Assembly: GCF_964204865.1 (NCBI RefSeq)
Contig: NC_135261.1
Coordinates: 15,252,001 to 15,316,000, forward strand
Length of the DNA stretch: 64,000 bases
Direction of reading: 5' to 3'
DNA from: Styela clava
Taxonomy: Eukaryota
The notes under the pieces are model-generated. The model saw only the letters and a list, made by a program, of their open reading frames with translations, was not told the DNA's origin and did not search any database. Positions 1-12,658 of the stretch are shown here, one piece after another. The position numbers and the translations under genes were made by a program. The first letter of the stretch is position 1. Each line of letters opens with the position of its first letter.

Positions 1-37
1 AAACAAACGACATAATGACAATAACATAGAATCTCAT
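1..37 (-). CDS. Signal-peptide exon (partial, runs off window) of a tandem C-type lectin paralog
   Basis: ATG at 37 gives MRFYVIVIMSFV..., alignable with exon 1 (MRLRVITIMSFVSSHFMISVH) of the lectin gene at 5295. The upstream region is duplicated and carries the same TATA box. Confidence 0.55.
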   Translation of the reverse strand, partial: MRFYVIVIMSFV

Positions 38-122
38 TTTGCTGACTTGTAGGTAACTTGCTGCTCGCTTGACGTCGTTCCTTGCCGCAATGCGATGGTA
101 ACACTTCATGATATATCTGATG

Positions 123-130
123 TTTAAATA
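123..130 (-). promoter_or_regulatory. Putative TATA box (TATTTAAA) of lectin paralog A
   Basis: About 90 nt upstream of ATG 37; conserved at the equivalent position (5386-5393) in the other copy. Confidence 0.4.
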
Positions 131-3100
131 GCGTGGTCATGGGACTTTTTTTTACCTTTCCTCATATATACTAAAATGTACCACTCAAAAAAGCGCCAGC
201 AAAAACGATACTTCCTGTATAAATCAAAGGTGATAATTCAAAAAGATTTTGTTGGAGTTTTCCAATATTAGATAATCAAAACAATAGGTGACCAAAAAAT
301 ATGGAAAAAAAATTAAAAAATATTTTTTTACTGGGTCGTTATTTTATTTATTTTGTCTACACCTGTATAAGAGACAGTGAAAACAATTTGAGTCGACAGA
401 GATTTATATTTAACAAAATAGAAATTTTATAAACATTTTACTCGAGTTGTTAGATCAATGGGTATCTATAGGCCGTAAACTTTCGATTGGTGAAAACATC
501 AAGCTTGGAAAAATAGTTGTGGATATATGGGAAAGCGTTCTGGGTTTCGACAATCCGTATTAAATCACGCTCTGAGATATTTTGTTTCGTTCATTTTATA
601 CAATTTTATTATATCAACTTCCTATTATGAAGTATATGTTCATGAGCAATCTTTTTAGCTTCCATTCATTCAATGATAAATTTCCCTGAAAACTATTTCA
701 TGAAGTAATCGGAAATTTTGATCCACTTATCGTTATAGGATGGAGTATAACAATGACCTAATGCTACTAGGTAGGATTACATGATGCAAAAATTTAAACA
801 GCACGCTTATCAGTAGAGCGATTTGCTGGAAACGATGTAAGCATAACGGTTATGTCTGGAAATTCTATGACGAACTCAGCTACCACTTTATTTCCAGAAG
901 AATTTTATTGATATATATGTGGGGTATAGTATATATATTATGAATTGTTATTAGAAAAACACCTTGTTCTCAATAGATCGAGATCCTTCTTATCATACAT
1001 ATGTAAGATATGTTACACTAAAGAGTTCACTAATTCGTTGGTTGGTAGAATAACAAAGTTTCAGATAGGAGTTGAATTGCTTGTTAGCAGAATATTGTAT
1101 TTGATTTTGCCTGACTGACTAAATATTGTGGTTGATATGCGGGAAATGATACACAATGAATCGATTAAGAGCAAAATTTCTTTTCCAGATATTGTGAGCT
1201 TAACAGATTATAATTTTCTCTTTCAGTATTTCAATATTTTGGTTGAATTGTTATTTTGCAACATTGTGCATTTGATTTGAGGCAGTTTATGCTAATGTAG
1301 TCAGGATACGTGCATTTACACATTGAATATTATGACTGATATGCGTAAAAAAGCTCAATAGCAATAAACAATGAGTCGATTGGATACAAAAGCTCACTTT
1401 GAGCTAAACGGGAATTTTGACCGAGTTCCAACGGACTGGTAATTATGATTTAACGGTACAATGGTAGTCGGAGCGAGGGCGTAATGTGACATGCTGCACG
1501 AGCGAATGTGGGATTAAAATTGCGGAAGTAACGGTAGATTAAATTTAATATTTTACTTCCTACATAACGCAAATCCTAACTCTCACTTGAGTATCACTTA
1601 CAACAAATTTTTATAATGTCACACAACACAAAGTGATGTGAACAACTGAAATATTTTTGTCAAATCTCACATATTTACTTCTACGCTTCTAACAAGGTTT
1701 TCAAAAAGCAACCACAGCAAGTATAGAGGCCTTATGTTTCAGAAAGATTGAGATAATTCCTTTTTCATGTTCTATTCAATTTATTATTATGGTAGTTATG
1801 GTATTTTTCTGGGATCTTTATTCGACGCAACAGCATCCTTCCAAATGGATAACCAAAATGGCGTATTTATGTGTTTTTGCTTAAAAAGAGTCAAAGCTAC
1901 TATAGGTCACTACGACCCATTTTTTTATTTACTCATTCAACTATTCTGAACAAAACTTATGTTTTTCTTACAATTGCTTTCGTCGAATGTTATATATATA
2001 TATATATATAAAAAGACGAAACAGTTTACATTCAAACCCCAATTCTTTTTACAATTTTTTTTTTGGAATATCGATGAATAAATCCTTTCTATTGTCGTAT
2101 AACGATTGAAATACCACTTATATATAGATAGAAAGACAGACACATACCTAAGTAATGTTTCCAGCGTGTGCCAGCGAAGAAAAAAGATTTTTTGTGATAG
2201 GTGTCACAAGTAAATCATGGTTACACGTTTCAGTGATGCACGTTTGGGGTGTAAAGATATAAAATATACAGATTTTATCGATTGATATTTGTTGGAGAGC
2301 TGATCTCAAGAAAAGCCTAGTTTGATGCGTCGATGATTTTAGCATGAACAATTGCATCTATACTAAATAGAATCAGATTCGGAAATATTCAAACCGTAAC
2401 ATTCTGATTCGAAATTTTTTCACGTCTTTCCTCCGGTTGCCTGTACAGGTGGGGTATGGAAAATAGCCAGAAACTCGCGTCACCAAGAAATTTCTGCCAA
2501 AAAAAAGTCTAGCCGTGCTACGAGTATCAGCGAAATAGTTAACGGTATAATAACCTGTTTCTATCACTTCGAAGTCAAAGCAGCTGATTAAATCGATTCG
2601 TAGTTTGTGCTAGAATAAAGACTTCAGTAGAATGAGCCAGTAGTAAGAGTACTTGCATTTGACAGAATCTTGTCCGATATATCCACCCATAGATTTTAGC
2701 ACCCGTGGACATATGCATCCATGGACATTAACACCTGTGGACAATTCTACTCACGTACATTTGCTCTACTTGCAATTGCACCCACGAATATTAGCACCCA
2801 TGTACAATTTCACCGAAATCGCAATTGAGAAACCACTTTCTATAATTTACGAGAACAACTAATTGCATCACGCTTGACCTCCCATCATTTCAGCTAACTT
2901 AATGCTCAGCTAAGGCCGGTATCCATGAGCGAAGTATTCGAGCATTGATTTTGTTTGCTTTTCTATTCCATTTTTCAAAACGATACGCTTGTTCGATTTG
3001 TTTTTTATTCTTGAATAATGTTGTAGTTATACATTCCATATTTTTCTAAACCCAAATAGAAATTAGAAATAATGATAATTGTTTACAATTGTAAACTGCA

Positions 3101-3206
3101 ATGGTAAAAATGAAATGATTTAAATGAGTCGATGAAATAAATCGATCAACGAAGTTCATCCTACAGTTTTAGTTGAAGTTGCAATAACGTTAATAAAACA
3201 TTAAAT

Positions 3207-5295
3207 TTACTGGCAAATAGCTCCAAACAATTTAATTTCCTCCTTCATGTAAATAAGTTTGTGCATGGGTCCTTTTGCGGAAATGTGAATTGCCATTTTT
3301 TCTGTTTCTTTCAGTGGCATAGGAGCTGTCCACCAGATGTGCTTAGTACCATCAGACAACGTCTGGTTGTTCACCTGGAATGAAAATAATTAAACGTTTG
3401 AGATAATTATTTATCCGACGATTGATATTAGTTTACCTAACTGAAAAGATTTCGTGGATGGCTTTCAAATCAGGCGTATATGATTGATTATAGCATGTTA
3501 CCAACTAATGTACATTGCTCTATTTTATGTTTTAGTTGATCCTTATGCAGTGACTGAGAGATAAGTCCGACAGTTCAGTATAGCAGTTTACAGCATTGAT
3601 TGTGATTTCTGTTGCAGGCTGCTTTTCCTAGGATGTCTAACTTTGTTCAGGCGAATAAAGTTTGTAAAGAGGATGCAAGATATACGAATCACTCAATAAT
3701 AGGTCAAGTTTGTAAGTATTGGAACGTGATTAAATTTACCATTCCAATTCAAATACTAAATTCTCCATCTTTACTTTCGGATAGCCATGGATTGATGTAC
3801 GAAACGATTAATTCATATTGCTTTTTGCTTTGGACCTCGGCGAGTTTTCGTCCGCTTTCAGCGCAAATAGAAACAGCAGAAACAAAAGTTGTTGTTGCCT
3901 CGCCAGCTTTGACAGGCCAAGTACATTTGCCGTCGTGATAGATGGGACAAGATTCTGTAAAATGCAAACACCTCAAACTGATATTACAACATATGAAACA
4001 TTTTCTACTTTTTCTAAAATTTTCACATTTCACACAAGGGGATCACGAAATATTTAGAAAATCCAATGTTTCACAGGAATGGAAGTGGACAACATAGAAA
4101 GTGGAATGCAATTTTTATACCCAACTTGTCGATTCCGAATGTCTTATCAAGTGACTTATTTTACGCCAAAAGTTTTGTTTCGATATTTGTTTTGATTGAA
4201 AAGTAATTTTTAGAGACCATCGTTATCTCATACCAAAATATTCATTAATAAATTTTTCGTAAGCATATCACATAAAATTTCGCCACTAAACAGCAGTACA
4301 GAAAGTTTCACAACCTACCCTTTTCTTTTTTCGCTGCCACATTTCTACGTAGTTGGCCAATTATCTCTGAAAGAAAGAACAATTAGATTACAATGATAAT
4401 AATGTGATTTTAAAACTTCTTTTTTATGATATCGTGACGGGTGCGACAGATTACATTTCCTCACTACGACATTTAGAATTTCGTGTCCATATAATTGAGC
4501 ATCGCTCTCTTGTTTCTTCTCGCAAATAATTATTTTGATAAATAAAATGTTAGACATATAAAACTAAATGCCCAATATGATCATTTTGATTTAATTTATT
4601 CAGTGTGTTTAGTTGCTATAGTTTTATTTGGCTTTAATATATTCAAAAACTATCTACCTTCTTCGTCAATATTCTCGCAATGACCTTGACTGATAAATCG
4701 TCCGTTTTTTTATCTTGGTTACACAAGGGCCAGAACCAACTAAAAATCAAACTCAATCAGTTAATTAACTCCTAGACTTTAATTAAAATTTCATCTAATT
4801 AGAAAATATGGAATACTCGAATAACAAAATTTTTACCCAGGAACAGAAGAAAAAGATAAAACAAATGAAATATTTAGTTTTAAAAAAGTTCAATCATTTG
4901 ATGCATTCTTCCTGTTTACGTGAATTTGGAATTATAATGCTAATGACCAGCATTTTACCCAATCCCGACCAATCTAGTCGTAGAAAAACCAACTAGAATG
5001 CGAACACTTATTTATCTGTTAATGGAAATATGACATCAATTACCAATGTATCATATGAATACATGGCGATTATACAAACTATCTTTAAATATTCTTTCGG
5101 GGGAGATCGCTCTGTCTCGGGCGTAACCTACCTTCTCTTCTCACATTGTCAGGGTTAGCAGTTTCCAGTGACATATTTTTAATGTAAATAATATCATAAT
5201 CGAATCACTATGCTATACTTGTATTGCTTACCATGTACAGATATCATAAAGTGAGACGAAACAAACGACATGATAGTAATTACACGTAATCTCAT
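3207..5295 (-). pseudogene. Secreted C-type lectin domain gene, disabled by a frameshift and a W-to-stop change
   Basis: Phase-compatible GT-AG exons: 5295-5232 (signal peptide); about 4739-4658 (VGSGPCVTKIK/NGRFISQGHCENIDEE, open only if one base is removed from an A7 run); 4366-4319 (EIIGQLRRNVAAKKEK); 3954-3740 (ESCPIYHDGKCTW...FVSAVSICAESGRKLAEVQSKKQYELIVSYI...FSI*IGM, with TGA at 3751-3749 where the CTLD WIG tryptophan belongs); 3374-3207 (VNNQTLSDGTKHIWW...LFGAICQ-stop). Confidence 0.75.
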
Positions 5296-6615
5296 TTTGC
5301 TGACTCGCAGTTAAATTTCTGCTCGCTTGCTGTCATTCTTTACCGCAATGCGGTACGATAATAACGCCTTATGCTACCTGTGATGTTTAAATAATGCGGT
5401 CATGGGAAGCCAGACTTCTTTTGCATTTCCTCATACTAAAATGAACCATAGAAAAGGCATCAGGAAACGGTACCTCACCTGTGTGAAACAAAGATGAAAA
5501 TTCGAAGATATATCGTCGGAGTGTTCCAACATTGAACAATTAAAACAGTAAGTTACCGAGGAATAAGAATAAAATCAAGTAATATTTTTCTACTGGTGTG
5601 CTTTTCATTTATTTTGTAACAAAAAAGAAATCAATTTAGGAGCTTTGCTACAAGGACTGCTGAGATTCAAAAAGCCACAGTCATTTATACACGCGACACT
5701 TGACTTATATGGATCATTAAAACAATTTGATGTGACTTAATTTTTATCTGAAAAAATATAAGCTATATAAGTTTTTTTGTAAATAATACGAACTGTCAGC
5801 CTAATTAGTCTTAGTGGTACAAGCATTAGGCTTAGAAAAACAGCTGTGCGTATGGATGAAAGTTCTCATTTCAGGCAATCCGTATTATCCTTCTGAAACA
5901 TTTTGCTTTGTGCAACTTCTGAAAGTTTATCGTATCAACTTCATAATAAGTATAATTATGTCAATGAGCAATCCAGGTCGTATTATCTCATATTAATTCA
6001 ATGATTTTCCGTGAAAAATTTAATTCCAGAGGTGAACGGGAAGTACAAGCAAACTTTCATCCAATTTAAAAACTTTAAATTTGGGGTTGAGTTGTTATTT
6101 TGCAACATCGGGCATTTGATTTGAGGCAGTTTATGCTAATATAGTCACACTACGTGCATTTACACATTAAATAATATTTATTGTTATTATATATATATAT
6201 ATAAATAATAATATGACTGATATGTGTGAAAAGTTTATTAGCGATGCACAATGAATTGAATGAATGCAAAACATTTTATTTTCTCATATTGTGAACTGAA
6301 CGGAAATGGGAAGCGAGTTCCAACGGATTGGTAATCACGATTTAACAGTACAATGGTAGTCAGAACGAGGGCGCAGGGTGACATGCAGCACGAGCGAATG
6401 TGGTAACTAGAATTGCGGAAGTAACGGTCGATTGAACTTACTTCCCACTTAGCAAAAATCCCAGATTCTACTACAATATCACACATTTTTATAATGCCAC
6501 ACAACACAAGTATTGTGAACTACTAAAATATTTTATGTCAAAATCTCACATATTTACTTCTACGCTTCTAACAGGATTTTCAAAATGCAACCACAGCAAG
6601 TATAGAGACTTTATG
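5259..6615. repeat. Segmental duplication copy B (lectin exon 1 plus upstream region)
   Basis: Aligns with 1-1735, with indels. Confidence 0.85.
5386..5393 (-). promoter_or_regulatory. Putative TATA box (TATTTAAA) of the lectin pseudogene
   Basis: About 90 nt upstream of ATG 5295; conserved between the duplicates. Confidence 0.4.
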
Positions 6616-6626
6616 ATTCGGCCTAT

Positions 6627-6770
6627 CTTTTCTCTTCAACTACTTGACTAATTGCTATGAAATTTTCAGTGGTTAAAGATTGATTTTTACGCTAAAAGGT
6701 TTTATTTATTTTAAAAATTTCTGTAAGCTGTATGGAATTCGTTTTTTTGTGTGCTATGACGTCATCATCG
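6627..6770. mobile_element. Fragment of the Helentron-associated (HINE) family, opposite orientation to 11671-15548
   Basis: Reverse complement matches gatgacgtcatagc...tctttaaccact.aaaatttca.agcaatt.gtc.agta.t.gaagagaaaa at 11721-11823. Confidence 0.6.
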
Positions 6771-6866
6771 TCAGCCACCTCGTTGCCGTTTCGCGAACGC
6801 ATATCAGCTGATCTTGTGCGCTGCGAAGTGTGCAGTCCCGTTATTGTGCGGAGACTGAGTAATCAG

Positions 6867-8096
6867 CAGGCTTGTCCATGAGACATATTTTCTGTCCCAT
6901 TCCATGGAAATACATGTCTGTTCCATCCCATGGGATTTCCATGGTTGTTTCCCTGACCTTCGACCCCCGGAAAATCCTCTACTTCACCATTGCAAAATTG
7001 TAAGTGCTTTTTTAAGTGGCTTCGCGAGTTGGCGCCTATAAACTGGGTTATATGTTTCATACCATTGTTTTGATTGAAAACATTCAACAGCCTGTCATTT
7101 AAAAGTACTGGTGGGAAAATTTAGCCTAGTTTATTGCATCTATTTCAAAACTAATTTTTACTGCAATTAAACTAAATCTTCAAAGAAACAAAGTTAATAT
7201 AGAGTTATTTGATCCATACTTAAATTTCCGAAACACAATTAAAAACTAGCAAATAACATGCAAAAACGCGAAAATTAGGTTATGTTTACTTTACAACCAT
7301 TCCTGAAAATCTGTCTGAGTGACAAATGTGTCTGAGCAGCTGCTAAAACGTCTATTGTCACGTCACTTTTTGCATCTTGCTGATTAGTTAATGTTAAGGA
7401 AGTAAACAAAGAAGTCGATTCTCGGGGGGAAATTCATCGGAATACAATTTAATAAAAAATTATTAAATTTATGAATATTTAGGTCTAGTGTAGGATAGGA
7501 CTGTATGCCCAAAGAGACATGCAAAACGACAAAATGTTTGCTTAACTATGGCAATCCAATATCATTCTGACACTCGTTTTCTGTTTTTAGAGTCACCCTG
7601 ACCGTTCAGCAAATTATCAATTTCCAGCTCATCGACTGTTTATAATAGTTCAGTTGATCTGGGTAATTCCCTACGTTTCATGTTACATGAAAATCTGATG
7701 TAAACGAGATATAACAAGAGCTGATAGCCCCCCCCCCCCCCCCCCCTTCTCGTGCCCGACCGCAATGAAAAAATTTACTGGGTAATGTGGATAACATCCC
7801 AGACAAGATTCGTTCGAACCAGTTTCCCGAAAAAGCTAAAATTGTGATCGCGCTTTAGAATGTAATTTTTCAATAACCATCACTTACGTTATACGCGGTA
7901 TACACAATATCGTGATACTACGTTATCTCATTATCATGTTTGAACCGCACCGCTGATGACATAAAGTTAATTTTATTGACACACAAAACGTAATCCTATT
8001 AAAATTGTCCCATTTGTCTTACGTTTTACAAGCGTTATCTTGTCCTGTGGAAAAAACAAATGTTTGCTGTCCCATCCCATCCCATGGACAAGCTAG
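6867..8096. mobile_element. Non-autonomous hAT-type DNA transposon (1230 bp)
   Basis: Perfect 8-bp TSD GTAATCAG (6859-6866 and 8097-8104); TIRs caggcttgtccatg / catggacaagctag; subterminal cccat/ccatgg repeats; no transposase ORF. Confidence 0.85.
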
Positions 8097-10235
8097 GTAA
8101 TCAGCAATGACCACACCTGCTGCCTCTTATCGATACACACAGAGATTGAAGAAGAGAATATTTTAAAACAAGGTTGTCATCATGGCGTATTCTTCCATGT
8201 AACTAACAAAAATAAATATATAGCAATGCTAAAGTTCCGTGGCAAAATCAAACATTCAAAAACACTTGTGATATTGCTCATTGAAGCAACCATAGTGGGT
8301 GCAAGTGAACTTTGGAAGTCGAATATATAAATTTTCTAGAATGTACTATTGATCTGCTAACTTTGAAAAAGTCCTTATAAAGAATTTTGATTTGAAAAAA
8401 AAAAAATAGCGCATACCCTTCACATTTTCCCGGAAGGCGCTATCGGTCTCACATCCGCTAAATACATGTAGAATGCAGACCAACAGTAGCATTGCAAAGA
8501 CATTTCCGAGGTGGCATTCTTTTGATTGATAACCGGATAATATACAAATTCCATTACATCGATATCAGGACTATTGATATTTACATGGTTAAACATGCAA
8601 AACATTAGCGTGTAATATTTACCCCTTCGTGACGACTTCCGTCACATGTGTGCAAATGTATTTTCCTCAGTTCATGGTCGATCTTTCTTTGTACAACAAT
8701 GATTCACACAATTGACAAATCATGTAGCGTATCTGAATATAAATACTTGATAAATAAATATATTCACAATGTAATTTAATAAAATATATAAGACGTTTTA
8801 TATAAAAGGTTCCGCGTATGCCCACAAATTTGTTACAATAAAACACAAACTGCCCCACGCTAATAATTGAATGCTATGAAACGGGTGCTACTAACGAGAT
8901 ATTCATAGTAGTACCAGGAGTAATAAAAATACCATTTAAAATATTGTAGGTCGCAATTGCGCGTTGGTGAATGGAACATAAATACTGATATCGACCTACA
9001 TCATGAATGCAACAGATTACTAGCACCCAATGAAACGTGTCTATGAAAACAAAGAAATATTGACCTAATTGAAAAAAAGTGTCCTAACTTATTCGGGAAA
9101 CCAAGCCCCGCTCGTTCAAATTTGTATGTTTATCTAAATAAGACCTCATCTCGCCTGGGTATCAAACTGTGACCCCCCCCCCCCAAGTTTGCCACTTATA
9201 GAACCTAATATCAAGAATAGCAGAATTATACCAGCGGTTTAATATATCTATTTTATTTATCAAAAAAAAAAAATCCGCTTACCTGGAAATTGCGTCAAGA
9301 GAATCAACGACTCCGTTGAATAGCCCGAACTTCTACGAAATAGACCAACCGTTGAAAGGTATACACCATGTTTTACAAATTGAAACAAACATTCAGATTT
9401 TGATTGGCACCTGTTTTTAAGTATAACATAGCAATTAAAATCGTTTGGGTATTTAAAGTTCTACTTAAAGTCCCAACGTCCCATTTTCAAATATTATACT
9501 GCTACTTGCAAATCAAAACTAGGCATGTTCTAATAATAACTGTACTTGACTTTATAATTGCTAGTAGCCTATGTGAGTATGGCTTGTATAACAGTGCTAT
9601 AGGTTTCTCATATGCCCGAGTTTGTTCTTTTCTGTGAACAAATATTGATTCGTCTAATTATAATTATGAACGCGAGAAGTGGTGAATGTGCAGTATGATT
9701 TGTACACTGTAGTTTTCGGAGTTTATTTTTATTTTTGGGTAAGGCAAAAAATAATGAAATGCGGCAATTTTATTGAGTAATTCTCTCGTTCATTATTGTA
9801 ATTGTAATTCTATTAGCATCGTCTCTAATTCGCTCGAAAATCGACTCGACGTCGGAATGGTAACTCAGTCAAATCTTGCTTTGTTTTTCCCGGAATGAAA
9901 AACGCAGATTGTCAAGTAGCCTAGCTGACGGGAAATATGGACTTTGCGTTCGTCGAGAACACATCGATAAATTTCGCAAAACTACGAAAGTAGCCTATAA
10001 CAGGCGTTCAGACTTACCATATTCATGGGGATTTACCAATGTTTCCTAACCTTACTGTTTAAGCTATATAAGTCAGACACGTTAACAAAACAGTCGGAAC
10101 TGTCATAAACCGAATCTACCCAACTACTTTGACAAATTTCAGTGTCAAGGGACATTGTGACACGTATCAATACCCTTGTCAAACTTATCTGCTGCCCTGG
10201 GCGAGTTTGTATGTATGTATGTATGTTTATTTGCC

Positions 10236-10600
10236 TCAAAAATGTAACAGTATCTGCATAATAATTAAACAGTAAAACAGAGACGGGATACATGTTCAAG
10301 ACCTTACTGGCCTAAGACACAGATGTGCGACATGTACCCCTAACAATGATAACAGCAGTTTAGGACTGCAGCGTTATACTAGAACAACAGATATGAAAAT
10401 CACTATACAAACAAAAATAAAACTCTAGTATAGTCAATTTCATGTCTGTTGTCCTAGTATAACGCTGCAGTCCTAAACCGCTGTTATCATTGTTAGGGGT
10501 ACATGTCGCACATCTGTGTCTTAGGCCAGTAAGGTCTTGAACATGTATCCCGTCTCTGTTTTACCGTTTAATTATTATGCAGATGCTGTTACATTTTTGA
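10236..10600. repeat. Near-perfect fold-back palindrome (arms about 173 bp, 19-bp spacer)
   Basis: 10236-10408 is the reverse complement of 10428-10600 with few mismatches; preceded by (TATG)n tttatttgcc. Confidence 0.9.
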
Positions 10601-11856
10601 TAATAATGCGCCTGGTAGCCTACCTAACTTCACCAACGAAATGTTTATATTAGTATTATTTAAACCGTCAAACTAAGCAATATACTCACCTCTATAGCGT
10701 GCTGCCCATATGCCTCCCCATCTCCCAAACATTCATAGCATAAAACGAATCTCATAGAGTCAACATAAATGCTAGAAATAAATAAAAGTGATAGCCTGCT
10801 AGCCACAACAACAATCTACAACCAATGAAAATGTCAAAGCAATTGGTCCAGTAGTTAAAGCGAAATTAACCACTTAGATATTTCAAAGCAATTATCTCAG
10901 TAATTATTTCAATAAGGAATTTTTCACAACAACAATAAGACAAGATAGGAAGCATTGGAAAGAATTCGATGATTCTAAATTGAACTAATCGGAAATCACA
11001 GAAAGAACCCGATTCAACAATCCCTTTGAAACATTTAAATTTGGCCTATACAGATATTCCGTGTATGATTGTATAAATCGGTATTACTGTATCTTGGGTG
11101 CTTCAAAAGTAAAACAGCCCGAAGGTTCAATACATTCGCGTATCTTTTGTTTCTTTATTTTTGGCCCAAACCTTGTTTAACTAGATTTGTGTTTTTTTGT
11201 ATTTTTTTTTTGGTGTGTGTTCTGGTTGGCGGGCACATGATATTTCTCAAGTTTTGAACTTTTTTCAAAAGTTTTGCTCGCTCTCCAGAATTCTCCCTTT
11301 ATATTTTGTTTGTATCATGGAGTCTTCGAATAAACTATCTATCTATCCCCGGGTAGAGGAAAGCCGACGGGGTACTCCCATGGTGACGGCAATCATTTGG
11401 CGTATCATTTCACGTAAATACTAACAACAACTACTGTGCAACAAAATAATAAAACGATCCATAGGTTCACGTCGCGTTCAAAAACAACACAACGATCTCT
11501 TAGGTTCATTTCGTGTCCAATTACACATTAAACAAAACAAAAAAGTAATAACTAAATATTAGTTGCCACACCATATTTCTAATTTTATAACGTTTGCCGA
11601 AATGAATTGCAAATTATTGGTTCCAATTCGGGCACCATAACACCCAGAAAAAATTTATAACACTATAACAAACAAGAGAGCTATGCTCAAATATATGGAC
11701 ACGTAGAGTCACATAATTTTGATGACGTCATAGCGAAAAAAAAAGTAATAACCTTCTGGAGAAAATTTTTATCTTTAACCACTAAAAATTTCAAAGCAAT
11801 TGGTCCAGTATTCGAAGAGAAAAGCGACTTTTTAAAAACGTGTCAAGCGGTACTGA

Positions 11857-12506
11857 GTTAGCAGTCAGGCAGCATCTTACCTGTACACTGTAGGCCATAT
11901 ACGGTAATTGATCACAGAACAGTTGTTCCCATGCAAATTTTATGTTGTTTACACTTTAGGACAGATAATTGATCACAGAACAATTCTTCCCTTTCAAATT
12001 TTATGTTGTTTCCAGTAGACTCTCATCAAAATAAACAAATATAGTAGGCTACAAGTGCTACAACGCTTGCATTACTGCACTGGTAGGACCGTGAAAGAAT
12101 AAGTTACGGTAATTTCATTGTGGTAAGACACCGGTACCGGCACCAGTACCAGTATCGTACTTACGTACTGAGCTACCAGTACCGGTTAGCAGTCAGCCAG
12201 CATCTTACCTGTACACTGTAGGCCATATACGGTAATTGATCACAGAACAGTTGTTCCCTTGCAAATTTTATGTTGTTTACACTTTAGGACAGATAATTGA
12301 TCACAGAACAATTCTTCCCTTTCAAATTTTATGTTGTTTCCAGTAGACTCTCATCAAAATAAACAAATATAGTAGGCTACAAGTGCTACAACGCTTGCAT
12401 TACTGCACTGGTAGGACCGTGAAAGAATAAGTTACGGTAATTTCATTGTGGTAAGACACCGGTACCGGCACCAGTATCGTACTTACGTACTGAGCTACCA
12501 GTACCG
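11857..12506. repeat. Tandem duplication, 328-bp unit x2
   Basis: gttagcagtcag at 11857 and 12185; units nearly identical, the second lacking 6 bp. Each unit contains an internal direct repeat taattgatcacagaaca...caaattttatgttgttt. Confidence 0.9.
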
Positions 12507-12658
12507 GTACCGAACCTGTAGGTCTGATATTTCGTTCCGCATACGATAGGCTATAAAACTTGCATTGCAGCATTAGTAATACCGCGGAAGGAATAAGTCA
12601 ATTTCACTGCGTTACGGTACCGGTATGGCAACTTACCAGTACCGACCTACAGTAGCTG

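Larger units (their letters stand above)
1..1735. repeat. Segmental duplication copy A (lectin exon 1 plus upstream region); partner at 5259-6615
   Basis: Collinear blocks: aaacaaacgacat (1 vs 5259), gttattttgcaacat...gaggcagtttatgctaat (about 1250 vs 6093), ctcacatatttacttctacgcttctaaca...cagcaagtatagag (about 1666-1728 vs 6545-6607). Confidence 0.85.

Noticed and set aside
3749-3751. In-frame TGA as selenocysteine, readthrough or a variant genetic code
   Set aside because: It replaces a conserved Trp by a single TGG-to-TGA transition, the gene has other lesions, and the other genes here use TGG for Trp.
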